From contig DASTDX010000012.1 in the NCBI GenBank assembly GCA_035710145.1, positions 12,143 to 76,142 of the forward strand: a stretch of DNA of 64,000 bases, in the 5' to 3' direction. Positions 21,069 to 30,291 of this stretch are shown piece after piece. The notes under the pieces are model-generated. The model was not told the DNA's origin. It saw only the letters and a program-made list of their open reading frames with translations, and did not search any database. Made by a program: the position numbers and the translations under genes. How positions within the stretch are numbered: the stretch's first letter is position 1; each line of letters starts with the position of its first letter. Source of the stretch: Allosphingosinicella sp. (GTDB lineage: Bacteria > Pseudomonadota > Alphaproteobacteria > Sphingomonadales > Sphingomonadaceae).

Positions 21069-21863
21069 ATGGCGACCATCGCTCAAGAGCCGATTTTCAC
21101 CGCCAGCCGCGACGAGCGCTTCTTCCTGCGCGCCGCGATCGTCATGACCGTCGTGATCGTGGCGGGCTTTTCGTTCCAACTGGCAATGGGGCGCTCGACC
21201 TTCGCGTCACCCCTTCGGGTCCATGCGCACGCCATTCTGTTCATGGGCTGGGTCGGCATCTATTTGCTCCAGAACGTGTTCGTGGCCACGGGGCGAATGG
21301 AATTACACCGGTTGCTCGGCTGGATCGCCGCCGTGTGGCTCATGCCCATGGTGGTCTCGGGATTCGTCGTCACGGCCGCCATGGTTCAGAACGGTTACGT
21401 TCCCTTCTTCTTTCGACCGGTACATTTCCTGATCTTCGATCCTCTCAGCGTCCTCGCGTTTGCTGGATTGACGATCGCCGCGATCCACCTCCGGCGTCGA
21501 ACTGACTGGCACCGGCGATTGCATTTCTGCGCCATGGCGATGCTACTGGCGCCAGCCTTCGGCCGCCTTCTCCCACTGCCACTCTTGCAACCTTGGGCCT
21601 GGGAGACGTGCGTTGCCGTTTCTATGCTTTTTCCGATCGTCGGAGCCTGGGCCGATTACCGGCGCCACGGCAGACTGCATTCAGCCTGGATCTGGGGGAT
21701 CGGGGCGACGATCGCCGCCTTTGGGCTGATCGAGTTGCTCACCTACAGCCCGGCGGGACTGTCTATCTACGACTGGGTGACCGAAGGTACTCCAGGCGCA
21801 CGGGTCGCGCCTCTCGACTTCGCCCCACCGCCCGGCGGCCCGCTGATGACGGGACGAAGCTGA
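21069..21863 (+). CDS. hypothetical polytopic membrane protein
   Basis: 264 aa with six to seven hydrophobic helices and several conserved-looking His/Arg at helix ends. No family I recognise. Confidence 0.55.
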   Translation: MATIAQEPIFTASRDERFFLRAAIVMTVVIVAGFSFQLAMGRSTFASPLRVHAHAILFMGWVGIYLLQNVFVATGRMELHRLLGWIAAVWLMPMVVSGFVVTAAMVQNGYVPFFFRPVHFLIFDPLSVLAFAGLTIAAIHLRRRTDWHRRLHFCAMAMLLAPAFGRLLPLPLLQPWAWETCVAVSMLFPIVGAWADYRRHGRLHSAWIWGIGATIAAFGLIELLTYSPAGLSIYDWVTEGTPGARVAPLDFAPPPGGPLMTGRS

Positions 21864-21934
21864 TTTCCCAAGGCTCCCCCGTCTAGGCCGTTGACTCGCG
21901 AACCCCGACTGTCCAGAGCGACCCGGTCCAAAGG

Positions 21935-22150
21935 ACGCGCGGGAGAGCGTGGCGGTTCTGGTCCTGGCCAGGAACGCTGCCGCCGAAGGAGCAACCGCCC
22001 CGGAATCTCTCAGGCAGAAGGACCGCGCCTTCGCTCGGACACTCTGGAAAGCGCGCTGTGCCGCACTCGCGGCAGAGCGCCACCGAAGGTGTAACCGCCC
22101 ATCGCTTCGGCGACGGAAGGGAAAGCTCTCAGGTTCAGTGACAGAGGGGG
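21935..22150 (+). promoter_or_regulatory. tandem glycine riboswitch (two aptamers) in the gcvT leader
   Basis: Aptamer 1: GGGAGAGCG...GCCGCCGAAGGAGCAACCGCC...CTCTCAGGCAGAAGGACCG. Aptamer 2: CTCTGGAAAGCG...GCCACCGAAGGTGTAACCGCC...CTCTCAGGTTCAGTGACAGAGG. Both match the conserved glycine-aptamer cores (GGAGAG, CACCGAAGGGGCAA, CTCAGGCAAAAGGAC) and lie about 55 nt before the gcvT ATG. Confidence 0.85.
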
Positions 22151-22205
22151 CATTGGAATTCGCCCGGTCGACTCGCGGCCGGCCCGATGCGTACCGGAGC
22201 TGGCC

Positions 22206-23318
22206 ATGAGTGACGCCGAACAGACGCTTCCCCTCGACCGCTGGCATCGCCAATTGGGTGCGCGAATGGTGCCGTTCGCCGGCTATGCCATGCCGATCCA
22301 GTACGAGGGCATCATCGCCGAGCATCGCTGGACTCGGGAGAGCGCCGGCCTGTTCGACGTCTCTCACATGGGCCAGCTGATCGTCGCCGGGAACGACGCT
22401 CAACGCGGGCTCGAAACCCTGCTTCCGACCGATCTCGGGCTCCTTAAGGAGGGTCGGCCCAAATATTCCCTGCTGCTGACCGACGAGGGCGGGATCATCG
22501 ACGATCTGATGATCACCCGCCGCGGCGACCATTTCTATTTGGTCGTCAATGGCGCCACCAAGCAGGGCGACATCGAGCATCTCCAGGAGCGGCTGCCTAA
22601 GGGCGTCGTCCTCGATCACCTGAAGGAGCAGGCCCTGCTCGCGCTTCAGGGGCCGAAGGCCGTCGACGCGCTTGCCCGGCTTGCTCCCGAGGTAAGTGCG
22701 CTGACCTTCATGGTCGGCGGCGCCTTCACCATCGACGGCACCCGGGCCTGGATCAGCCGTTCCGGCTATACCGGCGAGGACGGGTTCGAAATTTCGGTGC
22801 CCGCAGCGGAGGTGGAGCGGATCGCCAGTCTCCTGCTCGATCAGCCGGAGGTGAAGCCGATCGGCCTCGGCGCCCGCGACTCCCTGCGGCTGGAAGCCGG
22901 CTTGCCGCTGTACGGTCATGACCTTGACCGGACCACCACCCCGGTCGAAGCGGATCTGATTTTCGCACTGTCGAAGCGGCGTCGCGAGGAAGGCGGATTC
23001 CTGGGCTGGCACCGGATCGCGAAGGAGCTGGCCGACGGACCGATCCGCAAGCGCGTCGGCCTCCTGGTGGAGGGGCGTCAGCCGGTCCGCGAAGGGGCGA
23101 TGATCGTCGATGCCGAGGGGACCGAGGTCGGCAAGGTGACCAGCGGGGGCTTCTCGCCCAGCCTGGAGGCGCCGATCGCCATGGCTTATGTGCCGAGCGA
23201 GCTGGCGGCCGAGGGAAGCCAGATCGCCGTCGCCCAGCGCGGCAAGGTCTTCTCCGCCAAGGTCGTGCCGATGCCCTTCGTCCCCCACAAATATGTTCGC
23301 AAGGGAGCACCCAAATGA
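22206..23318 (+). CDS. gcvT: glycine cleavage system aminomethyltransferase T
   Basis: 370 aa. [48 protein letters not shown] is typical GcvT. Confidence 0.95.
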   Translation: MSDAEQTLPLDRWHRQLGARMVPFAGYAMPIQYEGIIAEHRWTRESAGLFDVSHMGQLIVAGNDAQRGLETLLPTDLGLLKEGRPKYSLLLTDEGGIIDDLMITRRGDHFYLVVNGATKQGDIEHLQERLPKGVVLDHLKEQALLALQGPKAVDALARLAPEVSALTFMVGGAFTIDGTRAWISRSGYTGEDGFEISVPAAEVERIASLLLDQPEVKPIGLGARDSLRLEAGLPLYGHDLDRTTTPVEADLIFALSKRRREEGGFLGWHRIAKELADGPIRKRVGLLVEGRQPVREGAMIVDAEGTEVGKVTSGGFSPSLEAPIAMAYVPSELAAEGSQIAVAQRGKVFSAKVVPMPFVPHKYVRKGAPK

Positions 23319-23686
23319 CGGTTTATTATACCAAGGAACACGAGTGGGTCCGGGTCGAAGGCGACACCGCGACCGTCGGAATCACCGATTTCGCACAGGG
23401 CCAATTGGGCGATGTCGTCTTCGTCGAGGTTCCTGAGGCTGGCCGCAAGGTCAGCCGGGGCGGCGAAGCGGCCGTCGTGGAATCGGTCAAAGCCGCGTCG
23501 GACGTCTATTCGCCGGTCGGGGGCGAGGTGATCGAGGGCAATCAGGCTTTGGTCGACGATCCTGCACTGGTCAATTCCGACCCGGAGGGCGAGGGCTGGT
23601 TCTTCAAGCTGCAGCTCGAGGATAATGGCGAGGTCAACGATCTGTTGAACGCGGAACAGTACAAAGACTTCTGCGCGAGCCTTTGA
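23315..23686 (+). CDS. gcvH: glycine cleavage system protein H
   Basis: 123 aa. [34 protein letters not shown]...[13 protein letters not shown] contains the lipoyl-lysine motif. ATGA overlap with gcvT. Confidence 0.95.
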   Translation: MTVYYTKEHEWVRVEGDTATVGITDFAQGQLGDVVFVEVPEAGRKVSRGGEAAVVESVKAASDVYSPVGGEVIEGNQALVDDPALVNSDPEGEGWFFKLQLEDNGEVNDLLNAEQYKDFCASL

Positions 23687-23797
23687 CAGCGTGAATCGGC
23701 GAACCCACTTACCCAGGTTAGTTACGATGGCGTTCCGAGGAGCCAGCGGCGCGTTCGTGGGTTGCGACATCATGGTCCGGAAGAGGGAATCGTCGCC

Positions 23798-24580
23798 ATG
23801 GTGAACGCCGCTTCGAACTGGTCAGCCAACGATTATGCGCAGAACGCGGCCTTCGTGCCGGAACTGGGCGAGGCCGTGCTCCGGCTGCTCGACCCTCAGC
23901 CCGGCGAATTGATCCTGGACGTCGGCTGTGGCGACGGCACTTTGACGGCGAAGATCGCCGAGGCCGGCGCCCGGGTCATCGGCCTCGATTCTTCGGAGGC
24001 GATGGTCGAGGCGGCACGCGCCCGCGGAATCGACGCCTTTGTCGCCGACGCCGAGGCGCTCGATTTGCCTGCCCAGTCGGAGCGGTTCGGACAGTTCGAC
24101 GCCGTCTTCTCCAATGCCGCACTTCACTGGATGCTCGACCCGGACGCGGTTGCCAGCGGGATCTTCGCCTCGCTGAAGGAAGGCGGCCGGTTCGTCGGTG
24201 AAATGGGCGGCGTCGGCAACCTTGCCTCCATCCGGAAAGCGCTGCGCGACGAGCTGCAGGATCGCGGCTATGAGGTCCCCGAAAGCGACCCGCATTGGTA
24301 TCCTGAGCCGGAAGAATTCACCCGCTTATACTGCGTCGCCGGGTTTGCCGACGTCCAGGCGGAGCTGATCGAGCGGCCGACCGCGCTTCCAACCGGAATT
24401 CAGGGCTGGGTGAAGACCTTCCGGGCCGGAATGCTGGACATCGTTATGGTGCCGGAGTGGGAACGCCCGGTGCTGGCGGAAGCGGTCGAGCAGCGGCTGG
24501 CCACCAGCCTGCTTCGCTCCGACGGCCTGTTCTACGCCGATTATGTACGGCTTCGATTTTCGATGAGGAAGCCGGGTTAG
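23798..24580 (+). CDS. class I SAM-dependent methyltransferase (Tam-like)
   Basis: ILDVGCGDGTLTAKIAEAGARVIGLDSSEAMV is SAM motif I. NWSANDYAQNAAFVPELG resembles the trans-aconitate methyltransferase family N-terminus. ATG 23798 chosen (purine-rich stretch upstream); TTG 23762 is also possible. Confidence 0.8.
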   Translation: MVNAASNWSANDYAQNAAFVPELGEAVLRLLDPQPGELILDVGCGDGTLTAKIAEAGARVIGLDSSEAMVEAARARGIDAFVADAEALDLPAQSERFGQFDAVFSNAALHWMLDPDAVASGIFASLKEGGRFVGEMGGVGNLASIRKALRDELQDRGYEVPESDPHWYPEPEEFTRLYCVAGFADVQAELIERPTALPTGIQGWVKTFRAGMLDIVMVPEWERPVLAEAVEQRLATSLLRSDGLFYADYVRLRFSMRKPG

Positions 24581-24621
24581 AAGCGGCCCTTCCTTGGCGG
24601 AGGGGTTGGGGGAGTATTTGA

Positions 24622-25980
24622 ATGCGTTATCTGCCTTTGTCTGATTCCGACCGCCAGCAGATGCTGGCGACGATCGGCGCATCATCGATCGATGATCTGT
24701 TCGTCGACGTTCCGCAGGCTGCGCGACTTGGCGGCAAGATTGACGGGCTGCCCGATCATGCCAGCGAGATGGCGGTCGAAAGGCAGCTCACCGCTCTGTC
24801 GGCCCGCAACATGTCGGCGGGCCAGGTGCCGTTCTTCCTGGGCTGCGGCGCCTATCGTCATCACGTTCCGGCGAGCGTCGATCACATCATCCAGCGCGGC
24901 GAGTTCCTGACCAGCTACACGCCCTATCAGCCGGAAATCGCCCAGGGCACGCTTCAGATGCTGTTCGAGTTTCAGACCCAGGTCGCCCGGCTCTATGGCT
25001 GCGATGTCGCGAATGCGTCCATGTACGACGGCTCCACCGCCTGCTGGGAGGCGATCGTCATGGCGCGTCGGGTGACGAGGCGCGGCAAGGCCATCCTGTC
25101 CAGCGGTCTTCACCCGCATTATGTCTCGGTCGCGAAGACGATGGCGCGGTTCACCGGCGATCGGCTGGAAAGTCGCCTGCCCGATTTAACCGCCGAGCCC
25201 GACACCGACGCCCTTATCGACGCGATCGACGACGACACGTCCTGCGTGGTCGTCCAGTACCCCGATATTCTCGGCCGGATCGGGGATCTCGCCCGGCTGG
25301 CCGAGGCGGCGCATGCCCGCAAGGCACTGCTGGTGGCGGTGGTCACCGAGCCGGTCGCCCTCGGGGCGATCCGCTCCCCCGGAGAAATGGGCGCGGACAT
25401 CGTCGTCGGCGAGGGCCAGTCGATCGGGGTCGGGCTTCAGTTCGGCGGCCCCTATGTCGGCCTGTTCGCCTGCTCCGACAAGCTGGTTCGCCAGATGCCC
25501 GGGCGGCTTTGTGGCGAGACCGTCGATGCGGAGGGCAAGCGAGGCTTCGTCCTGACCCTTTCCACCCGCGAGCAGCATATCCGACGCGAGAAGGCGACGT
25601 CGAACATCTGCACGAGCTCGGTGCTTTGCGCCTTGGCCTGGACGGCGCACATGACCTTGCTCGGCGAAAAGGGTCTGAGGCAGCTGGCCGAGGTCAATCA
25701 TCAACGGGCCGTCGCCACCTCCAGGCAATTGGCGAAGCTTCCCGGCGTGTCCCTGGTCAACGAGAATTTCTTCAACGAATTCACCCTTCGCCTGGCAAAG
25801 GAAGCCCGGCCGGTCGTGCGGGCGATGGCCGACAAGGGGGTGCTCGGCGGGGTCTCGCTCGGGCGCCTCTATCCGGGCGAGCCGGCGCTCGAAAAGGGCC
25901 TCGTCGTCGCCGTCACCGAGACCGTGAGCGACGAGGATATCGACGCTTTGGCCGGGGCCCTGAAGGAGGCGCTGGCATGA
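24622..25980 (+). CDS. gcvPA: glycine dehydrogenase (decarboxylating) subunit 1
   Basis: 452 aa. [19 protein letters not shown]...[41 protein letters not shown] is diagnostic for GcvPA. Confidence 0.95.
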   Translation: MRYLPLSDSDRQQMLATIGASSIDDLFVDVPQAARLGGKIDGLPDHASEMAVERQLTALSARNMSAGQVPFFLGCGAYRHHVPASVDHIIQRGEFLTSYTPYQPEIAQGTLQMLFEFQTQVARLYGCDVANASMYDGSTACWEAIVMARRVTRRGKAILSSGLHPHYVSVAKTMARFTGDRLESRLPDLTAEPDTDALIDAIDDDTSCVVVQYPDILGRIGDLARLAEAAHARKALLVAVVTEPVALGAIRSPGEMGADIVVGEGQSIGVGLQFGGPYVGLFACSDKLVRQMPGRLCGETVDAEGKRGFVLTLSTREQHIRREKATSNICTSSVLCALAWTAHMTLLGEKGLRQLAEVNHQRAVATSRQLAKLPGVSLVNENFFNEFTLRLAKEARPVVRAMADKGVLGGVSLGRLYPGEPALEKGLVVAVTETVSDEDIDALAGALKEALA

Positions 25981-27554
25981 GCATGAACCGCGAAGGTAGG
26001 CCGACCCGGCCGGAAACCGCTGAAGGCCGGTCCGACACCTGGACCGGCAACCGCGCCTTGATGCTCGAAGAGCCCCTGTTGTTCGAGATCGGGGATGACG
26101 AGACCACGGGGGTCGACTTCGATTCATTCGGCAGCGACGAGGGTAAAGCCGCTGACGACCGGCTTGGCGACCTCCGTCGCAGCCGGCCGATCGGCCTCGC
26201 CGGCCTCTCCGAACCGGAGATGGTCCGCCATTATACGCGGCTGTCCCGACAGAATTACGCCATCGACCTTGGCCTATTCCCGCTCGGATCGTGCACCATG
26301 AAGCACAATCCCAGGCTCAACGAGAAGGTGGCGCGGCTGCCCGGCTTTGCCGATGTCCATCCACTTCAGCCGGTCGACACGGTGCAGGGCGCCCTGAAGC
26401 TGATCGCCGATCTGGGCGAGTGGCTGATCCGGCTGACCGGAATGCATTCGGTGGCGATGAGTCCGAAGGCCGGCGCCCATGGCGAACTTTGCGGTTTGCT
26501 CGCGATCCGTTCGGCTCTGGAAGCCCGGGGCGATGCCCGTGAGGTCATCCTGGTTCCGGAAAGCGCTCACGGCACCAACCCCGCCACCGCCGCCTTCGCC
26601 GGCTACCGGGTCGAGAATATTCCGGCCACGGCGGCCGGCCGTGTCGATCTCGACGCGCTCAAGACGAGATTGGGGCCGGATGTCGCGGGGGTGATGATCA
26701 CCAATCCGAACACCTGCGGCCTGTTCGAGCCGGAGATGATCGAGATCTCGCGAGCGGTCCACGAGGCGGGTGGCCTGGTCTATTGCGACGGCGCCAACTT
26801 CAACGCCATCGTCGGCCGGGTCCGGCCCGGCGATCTCGGCATCGACGCGATGCACATCAATCTGCACAAGACCTTCTCGACCCCGCACGGCGGTGGCGGT
26901 CCGGGCTCCGGCCCGGTCGTCTTCTCGGAGGCCTTGAGCCCGTTCGCGCCCTTGCCATTCGTCGAGAAGACGGGCGACCATTATAACCTCGTCGAGGAGG
27001 AAACTGCGGGCGAGCATCATGGCGGCAGTTTCGGCCGGATGACGGCTTTCCACGGCCAGATGGGCATGTTCACCCGGGCGTTGAGCTACATTCTCAGTCA
27101 CGGCGCGGACGGCCTCAGGCAGGTGGCGGAAGACGCGGTTCTCAACGCCAATTACGTTCTTCGAAGTCTCGAGGACGTCCTCGACGCGCCGTTCGGCGCA
27201 AGCGGCCCGTGCATGCACGAAGCCTTGTTCAGCGACCGCGGTTTCGCCGGCGGCCTTTCCACGCTCGATCTTGCCAAGGCCCTGATCGACGAGGGCTATC
27301 ACCCGATGACGATGTATTTTCCTCTGGTCGTCCACGGCGCGATGCTGGTCGAACCGACCGAGACCGAGAGCAAGGCGGCGCTGGACCAGTTTATCGGCGC
27401 GCTTCGAAGCGTTGCAGAGCGGGCCAAGGCCGGCGACCAGAGCCTGAAGGCGGCGCCGGTTCATGCCCCCCGTCGCCGACTCGATGAGACGTTGGCGGCG
27501 CGCAAGCCGATCCTGGTCTATCGCGGTCCCGACCAGGCCGAAGCGGCGGAATAG
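25977..27554 (+). CDS. gcvPB: glycine dehydrogenase (decarboxylating) subunit 2
   Basis: ATG at 25977 overlaps the gcvPA TGA (ATGA). [10 protein letters not shown]...[18 protein letters not shown] contains the PLP-lysine motif. The longer ORF from 25509 is an out-of-phase extension inside gcvPA and is rejected. Confidence 0.95.
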   Translation: MSMNREGRPTRPETAEGRSDTWTGNRALMLEEPLLFEIGDDETTGVDFDSFGSDEGKAADDRLGDLRRSRPIGLAGLSEPEMVRHYTRLSRQNYAIDLGLFPLGSCTMKHNPRLNEKVARLPGFADVHPLQPVDTVQGALKLIADLGEWLIRLTGMHSVAMSPKAGAHGELCGLLAIRSALEARGDAREVILVPESAHGTNPATAAFAGYRVENIPATAAGRVDLDALKTRLGPDVAGVMITNPNTCGLFEPEMIEISRAVHEAGGLVYCDGANFNAIVGRVRPGDLGIDAMHINLHKTFSTPHGGGGPGSGPVVFSEALSPFAPLPFVEKTGDHYNLVEEETAGEHHGGSFGRMTAFHGQMGMFTRALSYILSHGADGLRQVAEDAVLNANYVLRSLEDVLDAPFGASGPCMHEALFSDRGFAGGLSTLDLAKALIDEGYHPMTMYFPLVVHGAMLVEPTETESKAALDQFIGALRSVAERAKAGDQSLKAAPVHAPRRRLDETLAARKPILVYRGPDQAEAAE

Positions 27555-27557
27555 GCC

Positions 27558-28169
27558 TTGAAGCAGAGCTCACCGGCGGCCGGGCGCAACCGGGAGCCGA
27601 TCGCCGAAGTCCTTCGGGAAATTCTGCCCGGACGCGGCCTGATCCTTGAGATCGCCAGCGGCACCGGTGAGCATGCCGCCTTTTTCGCGGAGGCGTTTCC
27701 GAAGCTGCTCTGGCAGCCCACCGACGCGGAGCCTGCGGCGTTGCGCTCGATCGAAGCGTGGCGGGCGGAATCGGGTCTTTTCAATCTGCTTCCGCCAATC
27801 TCACTCGATGTTCGCGGCGCTCACTGGCCGGTGACGGAGGCGGATGCGATCCTGTGCATCAACATGGTCCATATCAGCCCCTGGCCGGCGACGATCGGCC
27901 TGTTGCGTGGCGCCGGCCGGCTGCTGCCGCCGGGGGCGCCGCTTTATCTTTACGGCCCTTATTTCCAGAAGGAGGTGAAGACTGCGCCGAGCAACCTTGC
28001 CTTCGATTCCGACCTCAAGGCGCGCAATCCCGAATGGGGCCTGCGCAACCTAGATACCGTCGTCGAGGAGGCCGGCGCCCATGGCTTCGAACTGGATCGG
28101 GTCGTCCAGATGCCCGCGAACAATCTCTCGGTCGTGCTGAGAAAGACCGCGGGCGCGCCACGGGCTTAG
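27558..28169 (+). CDS. DUF938-family protein (SAM-methyltransferase fold)
   Basis: 203 aa. AAGRNREPIAEVLREILP..LEIASGTGEHAAFFAEAFP.LLWQPTD...INMVHISPW matches my memory of DUF938. Starts 4 nt after the gcvPB stop. Confidence 0.75.
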   Translation: MKQSSPAAGRNREPIAEVLREILPGRGLILEIASGTGEHAAFFAEAFPKLLWQPTDAEPAALRSIEAWRAESGLFNLLPPISLDVRGAHWPVTEADAILCINMVHISPWPATIGLLRGAGRLLPPGAPLYLYGPYFQKEVKTAPSNLAFDSDLKARNPEWGLRNLDTVVEEAGAHGFELDRVVQMPANNLSVVLRKTAGAPRA

Positions 28170-28202
28170 AGGTTCGCTGGTCGTCCCGGCGCCGACCTGC
28201 CC

Positions 28203-28835
28203 TCAGTCTCTTTCAGCCAACAGGACCGGTTGAGCGGAGTTCGGCAGCGTCGCCTCGTCGATGCTGTGACCCGAAAGCCGGAGCAGAAGCATCGTCCAGA
28301 AGAGCCCGAAGGCCCAGCCGCCGATGACGTCGCTCGGCCAGTGGACCCCGAGCACCACCCGGCTGAGACCGACGGCGAGCGCCAGCCAGACCGCGCCCCA
28401 GATCGCGAAGGTTCGGGCGCGAATGGTCCGCGGCAGGAGCAAGGCGAGGCACAGCCAGACCATGGTCGCGTTGGCCGCATGGCCGCTGGGGAAGGAGAGC
28501 GACTGGACCTGGACGAGATGGACCTGATCCTCGGGCCGGACCCTTCCGGTCCAGATCTTCTGCCAGTGCACCAGGGCCCGGCCGCCGAGGGTGATACCCA
28601 GCAGCAGGATCGCCGAGCGCCACTCGCGACGGATCAAAAGGATCGCGCTGCCGGCCGCGGTGACGGCGAGGAGCACGGGGTAGCCGCCCAGTTCGGTCAG
28701 CCACCGCGCGACCGTCCCCACTTTGTCATGATCGCCGGCATAAGCGAGCAGAAGCAAAGCCCGATCGAGCTCCATGCCGCCGAACAGCAGCATCACGCCC
28801 CAGGCGATGACGAGCCCAAGCAAGGCAATCGGCAT
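28203..28835 (-). CDS. PAP2-family phosphatase (membrane)
   Basis: From the ATG at 28835. PAP2 motifs KIWTGRVRP, SFPSGHA and SRVVLGVHWPSDV, with about six TM helices. Confidence 0.85.
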   Translation of the reverse strand: MPIALLGLVIAWGVMLLFGGMELDRALLLLAYAGDHDKVGTVARWLTELGGYPVLLAVTAAGSAILLIRREWRSAILLLGITLGGRALVHWQKIWTGRVRPEDQVHLVQVQSLSFPSGHAANATMVWLCLALLLPRTIRARTFAIWGAVWLALAVGLSRVVLGVHWPSDVIGGWAFGLFWTMLLLRLSGHSIDEATLPNSAQPVLLAERD

Positions 28836-29698
28836 CAAGAAGCCCGGGCCAGGCGCCAGCGGGCCGACGCGCGGTGGGGAACGATCCTGTCCCCGTCCAG
28901 CCGCCCTTCGTAAGTGCGGCGCCCGCCGCCGAGATCGGCGACGAAGTGGATCCGCGTGCCGTTGATCTGCCCCTGTTCGATCCGGGCCGAACGGCCGCCG
29001 ACGGTGAAGGTGCCGCCGAATTCCTGGAAGGTCTGCCTGATATCCAATTGTGCCTGGCGATCGCCGTCGGTCAGCAGCCAGCGGCCGGCGATCCGGGCCG
29101 GAACGATCCACATATGGATGGTCGCCGTGCCGATCCGCTGTCGCCGTTCCGGCCGCCAATCGCCCATGTCGTACATGTTGCTGACGACCCGGGTGCCCGG
29201 CCGCATCTCCGCCAGGATCTTGGGGCGGAGCTGAAGATTGATCTCCGGGAGGAGATAGAGCGTGAGGACGTCGGCTTCCCCGATCTCGGTCTCGAACAAA
29301 TCCTCACGCCGGAAGGTGACCCGATGGGCCACGCCTGCGGCACGGGCATTGGCCGTGGATTCGCGGATCCGGGCCGGATCGATGTCCACGCCAAGGCCGC
29401 GGGCGCCATGGCTTCTGGCGGCGGCGATCAGGATCCGGCCGTCCCCGGAGCCCAGATCGACGACATAATCGTCCGGTCCGACGTCGGCCATCGCCAGCAT
29501 GGCGTCGACGACCTCATAGCCGGTCGCGACGAAGGGGGCGTCGAGCTTGGGCCGGCCGGCGACGAAATTCGCCGGATCGAAATCCTTCGGCGGCGCCGGC
29601 GGCGGTTCGGGCTCGCGCAAGGCATAAGCCAGCACCAGGATCAGCAAGGCCGCGGCGGCGCCCGCCATCAGGGCACGGGAAAAGGATCGTGAAGCCAT
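28835..29698 (-). CDS. class I SAM-dependent methyltransferase with N-terminal signal/anchor
   Basis: MASRSFSRALMAGAAAALLILVLAYAL hydrophobic N-terminus. VVDLGSGDGRILIAAARSHGARGLGVDID is SAM motif I. About 100 aa C-terminal extension. Its stop overlaps the PAP2 gene ATG. Confidence 0.75.
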   Translation of the reverse strand: MASRSFSRALMAGAAAALLILVLAYALREPEPPPAPPKDFDPANFVAGRPKLDAPFVATGYEVVDAMLAMADVGPDDYVVDLGSGDGRILIAAARSHGARGLGVDIDPARIRESTANARAAGVAHRVTFRREDLFETEIGEADVLTLYLLPEINLQLRPKILAEMRPGTRVVSNMYDMGDWRPERRQRIGTATIHMWIVPARIAGRWLLTDGDRQAQLDIRQTFQEFGGTFTVGGRSARIEQGQINGTRIHFVADLGGGRRTYEGRLDGDRIVPHRASARWRLARAS

Positions 29699-29763
29699 CC
29701 GAGAACCTCCGGCGGCTCTCTTTCACTGTCTTTCAATGAAAGTCACCAAGGCCTAATCGAAAA

Positions 29764-30291
29764 ATGCGGAGGGAGGCCGCTCGAACGATGGAAGTGCAAG
29801 CCAAAGCGGTCCCGGTGACGGTGGCCGACATGAACCCGCTCGATCCACGCCAGATCTGGGTTCTCCGGATCAGGCTGGGAATCGTCCTCCTCGTCCTTCT
29901 CGGCGCGGCCTTGTCGATCGACATGGCCATCCGGCAGGAGGCGCCCGGTCTTTCCGGATGGCTGCCCGGTCTTGTCCTTATGGTCGGGCTCACGGGTCTG
30001 ATCCTCGTGCCCGGCCGCCGCTATCGCGCCTGGGGCTATGCCGAGCGGGAAGACGAGCTCCACATTCGCCACGGCCTGCTCACCCGGGTCCAGACGGCCG
30101 TGCCGTTCGGTCGGGTCCAGCATATCGACGTCGCCCAGGGGCCGGTGGAACGGCGCTTCGGCCTTGCCCGGCTGATTCTTCACACGGCCGGCACGCGCGG
30201 CGCCTCGATTCCCTTGCCGGGGCTCGTCCAGGAACAAGCGGAGCAGATGCGCGACCGGATCCGGGCGAAGATCCAGCTGGATCTGGCGTGA
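29764..30291 (+). CDS. bacterial PH-domain (bPH_2) membrane protein, YdbS-like
   Basis: 175 aa with two TM helices, then ELHIRHGLLTRVQTAVPFGRVQHIDVAQGPVERRFGLARLILHTAG, the bPH_2 signature. Confidence 0.75.
   Translation: MRREAARTMEVQAKAVPVTVADMNPLDPRQIWVLRIRLGIVLLVLLGAALSIDMAIRQEAPGLSGWLPGLVLMVGLTGLILVPGRRYRAWGYAEREDELHIRHGLLTRVQTAVPFGRVQHIDVAQGPVERRFGLARLILHTAGTRGASIPLPGLVQEQAEQMRDRIRAKIQLDLA

Noticed and set aside
23687-23797. Possible long-range hairpin (CGAACCCAC ... GTGGGTTGCG) between gcvH and the methyltransferase gene, considered as a terminator or attenuator.
   Set aside because: Imperfect stem, a loop of about 50 nt and no U-tract. Not enough to call a terminator.
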